This document shows, one piece after another, positions 37,475 through 47,428 of a stretch of DNA of 64,000 bases (within the stretch, counting starts at the first letter, position 1; each line of letters begins with the position of its first letter). The position numbers and the translations under genes were made by a program. Origin of the DNA: Vulcanimicrobiota bacterium (GTDB lineage: Bacteria > Vulcanimicrobiota > Vulcanimicrobiia > Eremiobacterales > Eremiobacteraceae); contig CAWETU010000001.1 of assembly GCA_963812135.1 (NCBI GenBank), forward strand, positions 736,001 to 800,000, written 5' to 3'. Below the pieces are notes generated by a model. That model saw nothing but the letters and a program-made list of their open reading frames with translations, searched no databases and had not been told where the DNA came from.

Positions 37475-40400
37475 ATGCGACCGTTTCCCGGACTACGGCC
37501 GTTTGATTTCGAAGACCGCGAGTTCTTTTTCGGCCGTGAGGACCAGATCTTTTCGCTGTACCGGCTGCTCGAGCACAGCCGGTTCATCGCAGTGGTCGGC
37601 AGCTCCGGCAGCGGGAAATCGTCGCTCGTGCGCGCCGGGCTGCTGCCGGTCATAGAAGAGGAAAGTCAAGGCGATGGCGGGCGCAAGTGGCGTTTCGCCA
37701 CCTTGCATCCAGGCGACGCGCCGGTCGCGGCCCTCGCTTCGGCGATCACGTCGCTGGCCCAAGGCGCCGATGAGCACGCAGAGATCAGGCACGAGCGCAC
37801 GCTCTTCGCGTTGCGCCGGTCGAGCTTCGGGCTGAGCAAGGCGGTCGACGACATCGGCGATCTGTCGGGCAAATCCGTATTGCTCGTCGTCGATCAATTC
37901 GAAGAACTGTTCCGTTACGCGACGAGCGCGACGCGCGACAGCCGCGGTAGCGCGCTCTGGCGCGACGAGGCAGCCAACTTCGTTCAATTGTTGCTCGAAG
38001 CGACGCGCAGCCGGTCGAGCTCGATCCACGTCCTCATCACCATGCGCTCGGACTTCATCGGTGATTGCGCGCAGTTCCACGGACTGCCCGAAGCGGTCAG
38101 CGCCGCGCAATTCCTCGTGCCGTCGCTCACGCGCGACCAACGGGAAGACGTCATCCGCAAACCAGTGGAGAAAGCCGGCGCAACGATCGATTCGACATTG
38201 GTCGAGATGCTGCTCAACGATGCCGGCAGCGAGACGGATCAATTACCAGTCCTGCAGCACCTCTTGTCGCGGTTATGGGATCGAGCGCAACCGGATGCCG
38301 CCGGCAACCGGCATCTCGGCCTGGACGAATATCGCGCCATCGGCAGCATCACCGGCGCGCTGTCGCAGCACGCCGATGAGGTCATGGCATCGTTGCCCGG
38401 ACTCGAGCTTGCGGTCGAGCAGACTTTTCGTGCGCTGAGCGAGGTCGATTCGGAAGGCCGCGCCACACGCCGCGCGCTGCCATATTCTCGTCTGCTTGCG
38501 GAAACGGGTGTACCTGAGGCCGACCTCGTGCGCGTGCTGGACCGCTTTCGCGCCGAAGACTGTTCGTTTATCTTGCCGCCGCCTGCCGCCGTGCCGGTGC
38601 TGCGCGGTGCCGCGCGCGTCGACGTCGTGCATGAGGCACTCTTACGCCGCTGGGAGCGGATCAGCGCCGACAAGCCGCACGTGCTCGACGGGCGGATGCA
38701 AACCGGGTGGCTAAACGCCGAGGCCGCCGACGGCAGATTCTACCGCGCGCTGCTGGCGTTATTGGAGACCGGCTCTGCCGCGACGGCGATGACGCTGCCG
38801 CTTGATCAAGTCGAAGCGCGTTGGGACTGGTGGATGTCGCGCCCGCGCACGGCGGCATGGGCCGAGCGCTATGGCGGCCGCCTTCCCAGCGTCGAGAAAC
38901 TTTTCCAGGATAGCCTTGCAGCGCTTGCGACCGAGCAAAAACGGGAAGAGGAAGCCGAACGCCGCGAACGCGAGCAAGAACGGCGCGAGATCGAAACGCA
39001 AGAAGCCGCAAAACGCGAGCGCCTCGAGCACCAAGCCGAGGTCGACCGCATGCGCGTGGAGTCGGCACAACGCCTCACGCAGCGCAGCCGCATCGCTGCC
39101 GCGGCGATGCTGGTCGTCGCGGTCCTCGCGATCGCATCGGCAGTCTTTGCCTTTCAAGAGAAAAGAGCAGCTGACGCGGGCGCACGGGCCGCGGACGCGC
39201 GGGCGGCGGCTGAAGCAGCACTGGCCACGGCACGGAAGCGAATGGCGGATTTGGGAACCGTGGCCCAAGTCGCGGCGAAGCACGCCCAGCATGAGGCGAA
39301 CGTCGCGCAGCATGAGGCGAACGTCGCCACCACCGCGCTCACCGCCGCGGAACAGCAGCGTCAGAACGCGATCGTTCAGCGAAATAATGCAAATAACCAG
39401 CGTACGATCGCGCAGGATCAGACCGCGCGAGCGCTTGCGGCGAGATCCCAAGTCTTCATGCAACGCGGTCGACAAGCATTGCTTGACGGCGACGACAACA
39501 GCGCGGCGCTCTTGCTTGCCGCCGCGTACCAAGGCGATTCATCGGATCCCGTCGTGCAATCGCTTCTGCGCCAAGCACTGGCCAAGCTGCAGATCCGGCC
39601 GACGTCCATCGACGCGCACAACAATGGATTCATCACCGCACTCGCGGTCGATCCGCATAGCCAGCGCGTTGCGACGGCGAGCACCGATGGATCGGTGAAG
39701 CTTTGGAGCGTCTCCGGCCGCCCGATCCAATCATTCCACGATCAAAACGACGTCATCACCGGGCTCGCCTTCGATCCATCCGGGAAGTACCTCGTCAGCG
39801 TCGGCCGTGACGGCACGGCGAAGCTGCACGATCTCGCCGGCCTGACCACCGGTTCGGATCCTCCCGCGATCGCATTGCTCGATGCGAAAGACAAACTCGA
39901 AGGGCACGTCGGGCGGATCAATTCAGTCGTTTTCAGTCACAACGGTGCGCGCATCTTGACATCGGGCAGCGACGGCATGGTCAAACTGTGGAATGCGGCC
40001 GACGGTAAGATGATCGCCGAATGGAGCGGTGCGTCGCCCGGCGTCGCGATCAACGACGCGATATTTAGCCGCGACGACCAGATCATCGCCGCGTGCGCCG
40101 CCGACGGGTCGGTCACGGTTTGGGACCTGACCGGCAAACAGATCAACTCGAAGACCGTCACCTCGAAGAGCCCGCTCGTGCATCTGGCGATCTCACCCAA
40201 CGGCCGGACGGTGGTCGCTGGTGCGCTCGACGGAGCGATCATCGCATTCGACTTTAACGCGCTCGCGTCGCACGAATCCAGCTATAGTCCGCCTGAGTGG
40301 CATTACCAGCATCAGGCGATCAACGCGCTTTCGTTCGACGCGACCGGCAAACGGGTGTTGAGCGGGAGCGCGGACGGCACAGTCGTTCTGCTCGACGCGG

Positions 40401-41818
40401 CGAGCGGCAGGCCGCAAGTGACGATCGCCCCCCGACCTGGTGCGCCCGCGGTCTTGACCGCCTCGTTCGATCCCGCCAGCAACGGGTTCGAGGCGACGTA
40501 CGCCGACGGCTCGCTCAATCTGTGGACGCAAGAAGGCGATCCGTTGGTGATGCTGCACGGACCCGTTGCAGTGGAAGCGCGATTCGTTCCCGACGGCAGC
40601 GCGCTTGTGACCGGAAGCGATCACGGCATCGTCGATCTGTGGCCCTTGCCGGTCACATTGAGCAAGCTTGCGGCTTCGCATCGCGCAGGCGTCGAATCGA
40701 TCGAGTTCGATCATGCCGGACACATGCTGACCGCCAGTCAAGACGGCACAGCCGCGCTGTGGCAAGCCGGGGAACAACCGCAACTCGAACGCGTTTTGCC
40801 GCACTCGCCGGGTTCGGCGTGGGTCGTCGCGGCGCGCTTCAGCAGGGACGGCAGCCGCATCGTCACGATCGGCGGCGCCACGGCGAAGATCTGGGACCTC
40901 CAGTCGGCGACCCCGCTGGCGACGATCCACACGACGGCGCAGAACAAACGTTTCATTCAAGCCGAATTCGTCGGGGGCAGCCACAACGTCATACTCGCGC
41001 AAACCGACATGGATCCGGCGACGCACGTGTACGAGACCAACGGCTGGAGGGTGTGGTCGAGCAACGGCCCGCGAGAGATCGCAAAGCAGCCCGGTTACCA
41101 ATCCGACATCCGGGAGCTGGTCCTGACGGATGACGGGAAGTACACGCTTTCAGTCAGTCAAGACGGCTACGCGTTCGTCTACGACACGAACGGACATTCG
41201 GATAACTATCAGACGTGGAAGGACGCCGCCGAGGCGATCGCCCTCGGAGACCGTTTCGTGCTTGGCGAGGCCAACGGAAACCTGCACATCATATATCCGA
41301 CTGACGCAGAGAGCCGCGGCGAGTGGTCGAGCAATGACGCGCGCGTTCTGACGCTCGCCCTATCGGCGGACCACAAGTGGCTCGTCTCTGGAGGCGCGGG
41401 CGGATCTCCGGGCGCGATCTGGGATCTCACGCAGCAACGGCATTCGCACGTTTCGCTCGGCGGCGGCGCCGGATCGATCGAATCGGCATCGTTCTCTCCC
41501 GGCGATGCGCGTTTTCTCACGGCGATTTTCTCCGACGGAACGGTGCGGTTGTGGGATCGCGAGTCGGGAAATGTCCTGGCGTCGGCGTCCGTGCCGGGCG
41601 CGCACGCAACCGCGGCGGCGTTCACACCGGACGGGTCGGCGATCATCATCGGCTCCGAGGACGGAGGCATGTATGTCTGGCGCATTCGCGGTGGCCTACC
41701 GAGCCCGAGCGACGCGGCTGCGCTTGCGCTGCGCGAGACGAACCATTCGGATATCTCCGATCCGCTGATGACCCAGGCCGTATTCACCTTGCAGCAGGCA
41801 GCGCCGCGTGCGAACTGA
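37475..41818 (+). CDS. nSTAND1 NTPase - coiled coil - TM - coiled coil - WD40 repeat protein
   Basis: PFPGLRPF..FFGRE, GSSGSGKSS, LVVDQFEELF, ITMRSDF, LPVLQ, VVHEALLRRW; one TM; many WD40-like repeats. Confidence 0.9.
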   Translation: MRPFPGLRPFDFEDREFFFGREDQIFSLYRLLEHSRFIAVVGSSGSGKSSLVRAGLLPVIEEESQGDGGRKWRFATLHPGDAPVAALASAITSLAQGADEHAEIRHERTLFALRRSSFGLSKAVDDIGDLSGKSVLLVVDQFEELFRYATSATRDSRGSALWRDEAANFVQLLLEATRSRSSSIHVLITMRSDFIGDCAQFHGLPEAVSAAQFLVPSLTRDQREDVIRKPVEKAGATIDSTLVEMLLNDAGSETDQLPVLQHLLSRLWDRAQPDAAGNRHLGLDEYRAIGSITGALSQHADEVMASLPGLELAVEQTFRALSEVDSEGRATRRALPYSRLLAETGVPEADLVRVLDRFRAEDCSFILPPPAAVPVLRGAARVDVVHEALLRRWERISADKPHVLDGRMQTGWLNAEAADGRFYRALLALLETGSAATAMTLPLDQVEARWDWWMSRPRTAAWAERYGGRLPSVEKLFQDSLAALATEQKREEEAERREREQERREIETQEAAKRERLEHQAEVDRMRVESAQRLTQRSRIAAAAMLVVAVLAIASAVFAFQEKRAADAGARAADARAAAEAALATARKRMADLGTVAQVAAKHAQHEANVAQHEANVATTALTAAEQQRQNAIVQRNNANNQRTIAQDQTARALAARSQVFMQRGRQALLDGDDNSAALLLAAAYQGDSSDPVVQSLLRQALAKLQIRPTSIDAHNNGFITALAVDPHSQRVATASTDGSVKLWSVSGRPIQSFHDQNDVITGLAFDPSGKYLVSVGRDGTAKLHDLAGLTTGSDPPAIALLDAKDKLEGHVGRINSVVFSHNGARILTSGSDGMVKLWNAADGKMIAEWSGASPGVAINDAIFSRDDQIIAACAADGSVTVWDLTGKQINSKTVTSKSPLVHLAISPNGRTVVAGALDGAIIAFDFNALASHESSYSPPEWHYQHQAINALSFDATGKRVLSGSADGTVVLLDAASGRPQVTIAPRPGAPAVLTASFDPASNGFEATYADGSLNLWTQEGDPLVMLHGPVAVEARFVPDGSALVTGSDHGIVDLWPLPVTLSKLAASHRAGVESIEFDHAGHMLTASQDGTAALWQAGEQPQLERVLPHSPGSAWVVAARFSRDGSRIVTIGGATAKIWDLQSATPLATIHTTAQNKRFIQAEFVGGSHNVILAQTDMDPATHVYETNGWRVWSSNGPREIAKQPGYQSDIRELVLTDDGKYTLSVSQDGYAFVYDTNGHSDNYQTWKDAAEAIALGDRFVLGEANGNLHIIYPTDAESRGEWSSNDARVLTLALSADHKWLVSGGAGGSPGAIWDLTQQRHSHVSLGGGAGSIESASFSPGDARFLTAIFSDGTVRLWDRESGNVLASASVPGAHATAAAFTPDGSAIIIGSEDGGMYVWRIRGGLPSPSDAAALALRETNHSDISDPLMTQAVFTLQQAAPRAN
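39287..39328 (+). repeat. 21-bp tandem duplication (QHEANVA x2) in the coiled-coil stalk
   Basis: CAGCATGAGGCGAACGTCGC(G/C) twice. Confidence 0.9.
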
Positions 41819-43520
41819 GCGCTTCGGGCGAACCTTTGCCCTGCTTGCCGGCGTCGCGCTCGTATCGTGTTTGATCTGCGCACCGGTGCGAGCGTCGAGC
41901 GTACCCTTTGTGTTCACCAATGGCAATCTGCTCATTGATTTCAGCGATCTTACCACGCGCGGCGGACTCCGCATGGGGGCCTATCGCACCTATAACTCGT
42001 GGAACACCAACCTCATGGGCAGATACGGCGACGGTTGGGAAACGTCATCCGAGAGCTATCTCGTCGTTCAGGCGGACGGCTCGATCGTCGTGCACGAATT
42101 CGGCGGCGGCGCCAACAATTCGTTTACGCCGACGTCACTCGGCCGCCGCAATGCGACGGATATACTCGACGAGATCATGCGCGCCGCGCAGACGACGGGA
42201 CACTTCGGCAGCGATGCGGACCGCGCCGCGTACGAACACTGGCTCCAGAGCGACGGCAACGAAGAGGACCAGTGGCAGCATTATGTCGACCTCGGCTTGA
42301 TAAAACGGCCCGATCCCCCGGTCGGTCAGACGTTCTTCAGCAGTCAGTTCTACACCGAATACTTGACGCGGGTACCCGAAGGGTACCAACGGGAACGCCG
42401 ATTTCCAGGCAGCGTGTATTTCCAGGCCTTCAACGAGATGGGCAAGATGACCCGATGGTGGGATGCCAACGGCGATTTCATCGCGATCGACTTGACAAAG
42501 GACGGCAACTACGCGCAAGCGTCCGACAATTGGGGCGATCGATTTACGTTTTCGACGACCACCGCCGGACTCGTCACCGGCATCAGCGACTCGCAACACA
42601 TCGTGCGCTATCACTACCAAGCGGCCGCTAAGCCCTACACCGGCTCCGACCTCATGTCCGTGGACATCGACGGCAAGGTGACGCGTTATGGTTACGACGC
42701 GAAAAACCGGCTGATCGCGATTTGGTATGCCGACAACACCGCCATGCACATCACATATGATGATCTCGGGCGAGCGGCGAGCGTCAACGATGCGGACGGT
42801 ACCGTGACAAGCTATCGTTACACCATGTGCGCCACGCCGGCGTCAACCCAATGCACGTTTGAAAAAGACACGCACGCTCCCAACGGTCAGACCCACAGCG
42901 ACGTGACCGCGTTCTCGTATGACGCGGGTGGGCACAAAGAGAAAGACGTCGAGACATACGACGGCGCAGTCATCAAGACGACGGCGTATGACGGTAAGGG
43001 TCTCATCGCGTCGGTGACGACGCCGCAGGGAACGACCGAATTTGGGCGCGATTACCTTAATCGCGTGAACTTCGCACGCGTGCCGAGCGGAACGACGTAC
43101 GCGTGGCAGTACGATCCGGCGAGTCGCAGCGTCTCAATCCTCACGCGCACGACGAAAGACGGCGTCGTGGTGGAGCATTTTCAATACGATCCAAAATTCA
43201 ATCTCGTCCGGGCGTACGACAGTGCCGGCCATGACTTCTCAATCGACCACGATGCACACGGGCGTGTCGCGTCGGTCAGCGGCGGCGAGATCAGTTTGAA
43301 CTTCACCTTCTCGGATGCGCGCGCAACCAGTCCGGACAGCGTCGCGCTCGACGGGGTAGGCTCGGTGAGTCTTTCCTATGACGCCAACGGCGCCGTCGCC
43401 AAGGCGCAAAGCGCGGGCGGCGTTGAGGTCGTCGCGAAAGTCAGGGCCGTGCTGAAATCTGTTGACGACCTTATCGGGGATGCTTCTTTCCATGTGGTCA
43501 CGCTGCCCGCCGGCACATAG
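41808..43520 (+). CDS. Secreted YD/RHS-repeat protein with DUF6531-like N-terminus
   Basis: Signal peptide; RTYNS...GRYGDGW; YGYDAKNRL, YDDLGR, YDAGG repeats; no RHS core or toxin tip visible. Confidence 0.8.
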   Translation: MRTERFGRTFALLAGVALVSCLICAPVRASSVPFVFTNGNLLIDFSDLTTRGGLRMGAYRTYNSWNTNLMGRYGDGWETSSESYLVVQADGSIVVHEFGGGANNSFTPTSLGRRNATDILDEIMRAAQTTGHFGSDADRAAYEHWLQSDGNEEDQWQHYVDLGLIKRPDPPVGQTFFSSQFYTEYLTRVPEGYQRERRFPGSVYFQAFNEMGKMTRWWDANGDFIAIDLTKDGNYAQASDNWGDRFTFSTTTAGLVTGISDSQHIVRYHYQAAAKPYTGSDLMSVDIDGKVTRYGYDAKNRLIAIWYADNTAMHITYDDLGRAASVNDADGTVTSYRYTMCATPASTQCTFEKDTHAPNGQTHSDVTAFSYDAGGHKEKDVETYDGAVIKTTAYDGKGLIASVTTPQGTTEFGRDYLNRVNFARVPSGTTYAWQYDPASRSVSILTRTTKDGVVVEHFQYDPKFNLVRAYDSAGHDFSIDHDAHGRVASVSGGEISLNFTFSDARATSPDSVALDGVGSVSLSYDANGAVAKAQSAGGVEVVAKVRAVLKSVDDLIGDASFHVVTLPAGT

Positions 43521-43534
43521 AACCCCTCACAGCT

Positions 43535-44713
43535 TCACGCCGGTTTCGGGCTGGTCTGACCAAATCGATCGGACCAGTCGATGCGCGCCGTCAGCTGCAT
43601 GGTGAGGAACAGTGTGATGATCGCGCCGATGGTGATGGCAAGTCCGCTCGTCCCCTCATTGAACAGCGCGAGCGAGAAGAGGATCAGGTAGAATACCTGG
43701 GCGAGGCCTGCCTCTACCGCCGCAAAGCGCAATCCGACGACGAGCCGCAGGTACGTGATCGTAAGGAACATCGAAACAACCGAGCAGATCGCGAACGCCG
43801 TGCCGATGGGCAAGCGATCGACCGTGTACGCGAAAAGCAGATGGAACGAGAAGAACGCCGCGGCTAAGAAGAAATAGTTCATCGGGTGGAGCTCGATCCG
43901 GCGTATCGTCGTGATGACGAAGATAACGAAGAAGTAGAACAACAGCGAGAGCGGCGCCCAGAACGTGATACGCTGCGCGAGCGGCCCCGGTTGCAGATGC
44001 TCGGGCAATCGCATGCCGATGCCGTAGCCGGCCACGAGATCGCGGTAGCTCCACACAAGATCCCAGCCGCTTGCCGTCTTGCGCTCAGTGGTCGGCGTCA
44101 ATGTGCCCTCGGGAAAGTCGATCGCGTCGAAATCGGTACGCATGGTCAGAACGAAGTCGCGCACCACGTTCACGCCAGGCCCGAACTTGTACGACCACCG
44201 GCCGACGCCGTGCGACCTGTAGGATACGACGACGTCAGCTGCACGACCGGGTGCCACGGGGATGTCGAGATCGATGACCCCGATCGCAGCGGGATCGGTG
44301 ACGGGTGCGCCGTTGACGAGCACTTTGACGTCATCGTACACGGCGTTGTCGGCAGGCAAACGCAGCTGAAACCCCACGCGCTGACCGTTGCCGTTGTTCA
44401 CCACCCGATACGCGCCCGAAAAATCGACGCGATAGGTGTTGAACCAGATCAACCCCTTCCGGCGTTGGTCGAGCGCAAGCGCGACACCGATGGTACTGGC
44501 GTCGGGTGGTTTGTTGAGGATCAGCTTGCCCTGCGTGACCGAGAAGATCGGGGCGCTTTGCGTCTGCTCGGGCAACCATAACGTCCCTATCGCTCGCCGC
44601 TGCGTTTCGCCGGCTTGCTCAGATCGATACAGCAGCGTGGCGCCGAGAACCATCCATGCCGCGGTCGCCCCGATCCAGATGAGGATCAACGCTGCGATGC
44701 GCAACGCCATCAT
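43535..44713 (-). CDS. Inner membrane CreD-family protein
   Basis: N-terminal TM, RRKGLIWF..Y, large periplasmic domain, LHPMNY followed by a C-terminal TM bundle. Confidence 0.7.
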   Translation of the reverse strand: MMALRIAALILIWIGATAAWMVLGATLLYRSEQAGETQRRAIGTLWLPEQTQSAPIFSVTQGKLILNKPPDASTIGVALALDQRRKGLIWFNTYRVDFSGAYRVVNNGNGQRVGFQLRLPADNAVYDDVKVLVNGAPVTDPAAIGVIDLDIPVAPGRAADVVVSYRSHGVGRWSYKFGPGVNVVRDFVLTMRTDFDAIDFPEGTLTPTTERKTASGWDLVWSYRDLVAGYGIGMRLPEHLQPGPLAQRITFWAPLSLLFYFFVIFVITTIRRIELHPMNYFFLAAAFFSFHLLFAYTVDRLPIGTAFAICSVVSMFLTITYLRLVVGLRFAAVEAGLAQVFYLILFSLALFNEGTSGLAITIGAIITLFLTMQLTARIDWSDRFGQTSPKPA

Positions 44714-44714
44714 G

Positions 44715-44770
44715 TTTACTTTGCCTCACAAAGTCAATGTCTTGCTTTACTTTGTACCACAAAGTCAATG
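44715..44770. promoter_or_regulatory. Tandem palindromic operators upstream of the creD-like gene
   Basis: Two 25-bp direct repeats TTTACTTTG-N5-CAAAGTCAATG with a 31-bp period. Confidence 0.75.
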
Positions 44771-44821
44771 GCAGCGCAAGAGCGAAGTTGACGCTCCGAG
44801 GCTTTCCGACGACGATTTCGG

Positions 44822-46093
44822 CTAGCGGACTAAGCGGAACTTCGCATAGACGTACGGATAATTGGGCCGGAACCAGTTGCGCAGGCTCCGCCGGATGAGC
44901 TCGCGCGCGGTCACCGCCGAGGCGCCCTTCATCACGAAGTGCTCGCCGTCGAAGAAGTCGGCCGAGTAGCCCGGATACGACTGCATGCGCTCGAAGCCGG
45001 GCAGCGGTCCGAACACGGTCGACGTCCACTCCCAGCCGTTGCCGACAAGATCCTCGACGCCCCACGCGCTCGCGCCCGCCGGGTGAGAACCTGCGTCGAC
45101 CGGATCGAAGCGATCGAAACCGAAGTTGCCGTGCTCCGATGACGGCGCCGCATCGCCCCAGGGTTGGCTGCGTTCGGATCCATCGGGAGTCCCATACGCC
45201 GCGCGATGGAACTCAGGCTCGGTCATCAGCCGCGCGCCGCGCCACGCCGCGTACTTGCTCGCCTGCTCTTGCGAGACATAGACGGGCCACGCGGGCGGAA
45301 GCGGCAGTTCTTCGAACATCGCGACCTGCATCCAGCGCCCATCGCGTTTGACCCAGAACGCCGGCGCTTCGCCGCCGCCTTGCTCGACGAACTCGAGCCA
45401 GTCCGCATTGGTGACGCTGTGCTTGTCGATCTCAAATGCCGGCACGTCGACTTCGAGCGTACGAAACTCGTTATCCCAACCGAACTCGACGTTTTCGGGC
45501 GACGCGCCCAGCGTCGCACGGCCTGCGGGCACGCGTATGCGAGCCTTTTCCGGCGGCGCTCCTCCGGCGACGGGTCTGACGCTGCCCGCGGGTGCGCGCT
45601 TTTCCGCCAACGGCACGCGATGCAACATGTACAGCAGCGTCTCGTGATGCATCGGTTCGTGTTCCAAGATGGTGTAGATCGCTTCTTTGACGCGCGGCGT
45701 GACCGAACGCGGGTCGGCGTCCGCCTTGCGCAAGATCTCACGCACCGCGGCATCCCACTTGGCTGCCATCGCCTGCACCTCAGCACGCGACGGCCACTGC
45801 TGCGGCGCGCTTTTTTGTGCAGCGTCGGCACTGCTAGGATCGATGCCGCGATAGAACAGCCGCTCCAAGCCCTCGTCGATGGCCGCGACGCCGACCGCAT
45901 CTTTGGCGAGCGTGATGAAACTGAACGCGGGGATGTGCCCCTCGTAGAACCGGACCGGGTGGCGCAGTGGGATCGGTCGCGAGTCGTACGCCTCGGGCGT
46001 GACCATGTCGAACAGCGACGCCGAGCGGCGCCGGTTCTCATCATACCACTGTGTGAAACTCGACCGGCCGGTGGTCGCGAGCGTGACGGCCAT
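44822..46093 (-). CDS. EgtB/Egt1/OvoA-family non-heme iron sulfoxide synthase (DinB plus FGE-sulfatase domains)
   Basis: RHPVRFYEGH, EHEPMHHETLLY, FGWDNE, GNGWEWT, YPGYSADFFDGEH. Confidence 0.85.
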   Translation of the reverse strand: MAVTLATTGRSSFTQWYDENRRRSASLFDMVTPEAYDSRPIPLRHPVRFYEGHIPAFSFITLAKDAVGVAAIDEGLERLFYRGIDPSSADAAQKSAPQQWPSRAEVQAMAAKWDAAVREILRKADADPRSVTPRVKEAIYTILEHEPMHHETLLYMLHRVPLAEKRAPAGSVRPVAGGAPPEKARIRVPAGRATLGASPENVEFGWDNEFRTLEVDVPAFEIDKHSVTNADWLEFVEQGGGEAPAFWVKRDGRWMQVAMFEELPLPPAWPVYVSQEQASKYAAWRGARLMTEPEFHRAAYGTPDGSERSQPWGDAAPSSEHGNFGFDRFDPVDAGSHPAGASAWGVEDLVGNGWEWTSTVFGPLPGFERMQSYPGYSADFFDGEHFVMKGASAVTARELIRRSLRNWFRPNYPYVYAKFRLVR

Positions 46094-46193
46094 GGGAACT
46101 CTCCAATCTTGACCCGCTTGATACAAGAAACGGCTTGCGGGCACGGGTACGTTTACCCTCCACTTCGCGGGCCTACGCGCGGTCCGTACTATA

Positions 46194-46895
46194 CTACTGG
46201 ATAGAGGCGACCAAGAACGGTTTCGTCGTCGGCGCCTGCGAGCCGCCGTCAGGTTCAACCGTCACCGCGACCGTCAGTCCTTTTTCTGCGCCCACCGGCA
46301 GCACGACGCTCGCGTCGCCGTTCGCGTCCGGTTTGAACGTCGGCGCCGGCGTGGGTTTTGCGCCCGCTCTGATGTACCACGCTTGATAGACCTTGCCCGA
46401 CGGCGCCGGTTGGAAACCGTGCGCTTCGAGTCGCAGTGTGCCTCCCGCAGCGACGACGCGTCCGCTGATCCCGCATGGCTCGACCGAAGTGCATGCGACG
46501 GCCCAGCTGCGCGCGCCGAACTTGCCCGATTCGATCGCCCACGTCGTCGCGAAGACGATCAGCACCACCGCCGCCGCGGCGGCGAGCCAACCGGGTTGTC
46601 TCCAAAACGCCGGCCGCATGGGGATGACGCGAGGCGCTGGTTGCGATGTGGACGACGTTTGGGGCGCGGGCTTCGTCTTCGCGATCGCCAGCACGCGCTC
46701 GCGCAGACCGGGTGGCGGCGGCTCGGCAACGCTGGCGGCCAATGCGAATGCGGCGAGGCGGCCGCGCATGAGCGCTTCTCGGCAACCTGGATCTTTGAGA
46801 TATGCTTCGACCGCGGCTCGCTCTTCCGGCTCGAGCCCGCCCAGCGCATAAAGTTCGGCGAGCTCGCGCATGGCCTGGTCGCGCTCGTCCATCAT
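46194..46895 (-). CDS. Anti-sigma factor, RskA family
   Basis: ELYALGGL, PPPGLRERVL, TM, YQAW, AVTVEPDGGS..PT. Confidence 0.88.
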   Translation of the reverse strand: MMDERDQAMRELAELYALGGLEPEERAAVEAYLKDPGCREALMRGRLAAFALAASVAEPPPPGLRERVLAIAKTKPAPQTSSTSQPAPRVIPMRPAFWRQPGWLAAAAAVVLIVFATTWAIESGKFGARSWAVACTSVEPCGISGRVVAAGGTLRLEAHGFQPAPSGKVYQAWYIRAGAKPTPAPTFKPDANGDASVVLPVGAEKGLTVAVTVEPDGGSQAPTTKPFLVASIQ

Positions 46896-47428
46896 GTCGT
46901 TTGTACCTCGCCGAGCGCGTCCATCAGACGTCGCAGGCCCGCGCGGATGCGGCTCTTGATCGTGCCGAGCGGCGCGCCGAGCTTCTCCGCGACCTCGCGA
47001 TAGGAGAGCCCGTCGAAAAACGCACGCTCGATCGCCTCGCGCTGATCGGGCGGCAACGTGCGCAGCGCGTCGCCGACCGCGGCCGCCCGCACGCGTTCGA
47101 ACACTTCATCATCGATATCGGTCAGCGCCGGCAAGTCGGTGGGCATCTCAGGTTCACGCGTGCGCACCGCCGCGCTCCGCAAGACGTCGATCGACGCATT
47201 GCGCGCCACGGTCGCCACCCACGCGGCGAAATTGCCGCCTTGGAACGACGCCGGCCGCGACCAGATCTGTAAGAACACGGATTGGGCGACGTCTTCAGCT
47301 TGCGTCGCATTGCCCAGCATCCGCCGCGCGACGCCGAAGACGAGCGCCGCGTGACGATCGTACAGCTGCGCGAAGGCGTCTGCATCGCCGCGGCGCACAC
47401 GCTCGATCAGCGCAGCATCGTCACCCAT
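46892..47428 (-). CDS. ECF sigma-70 factor, SigK-like
   Basis: AFAQLYDR, AEDVAQ, GLSYREVA, LGTIKSRIR. Confidence 0.92.
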   Translation of the reverse strand: MGDDAALIERVRRGDADAFAQLYDRHAALVFGVARRMLGNATQAEDVAQSVFLQIWSRPASFQGGNFAAWVATVARNASIDVLRSAAVRTREPEMPTDLPALTDIDDEVFERVRAAAVGDALRTLPPDQREAIERAFFDGLSYREVAEKLGAPLGTIKSRIRAGLRRLMDALGEVQTT

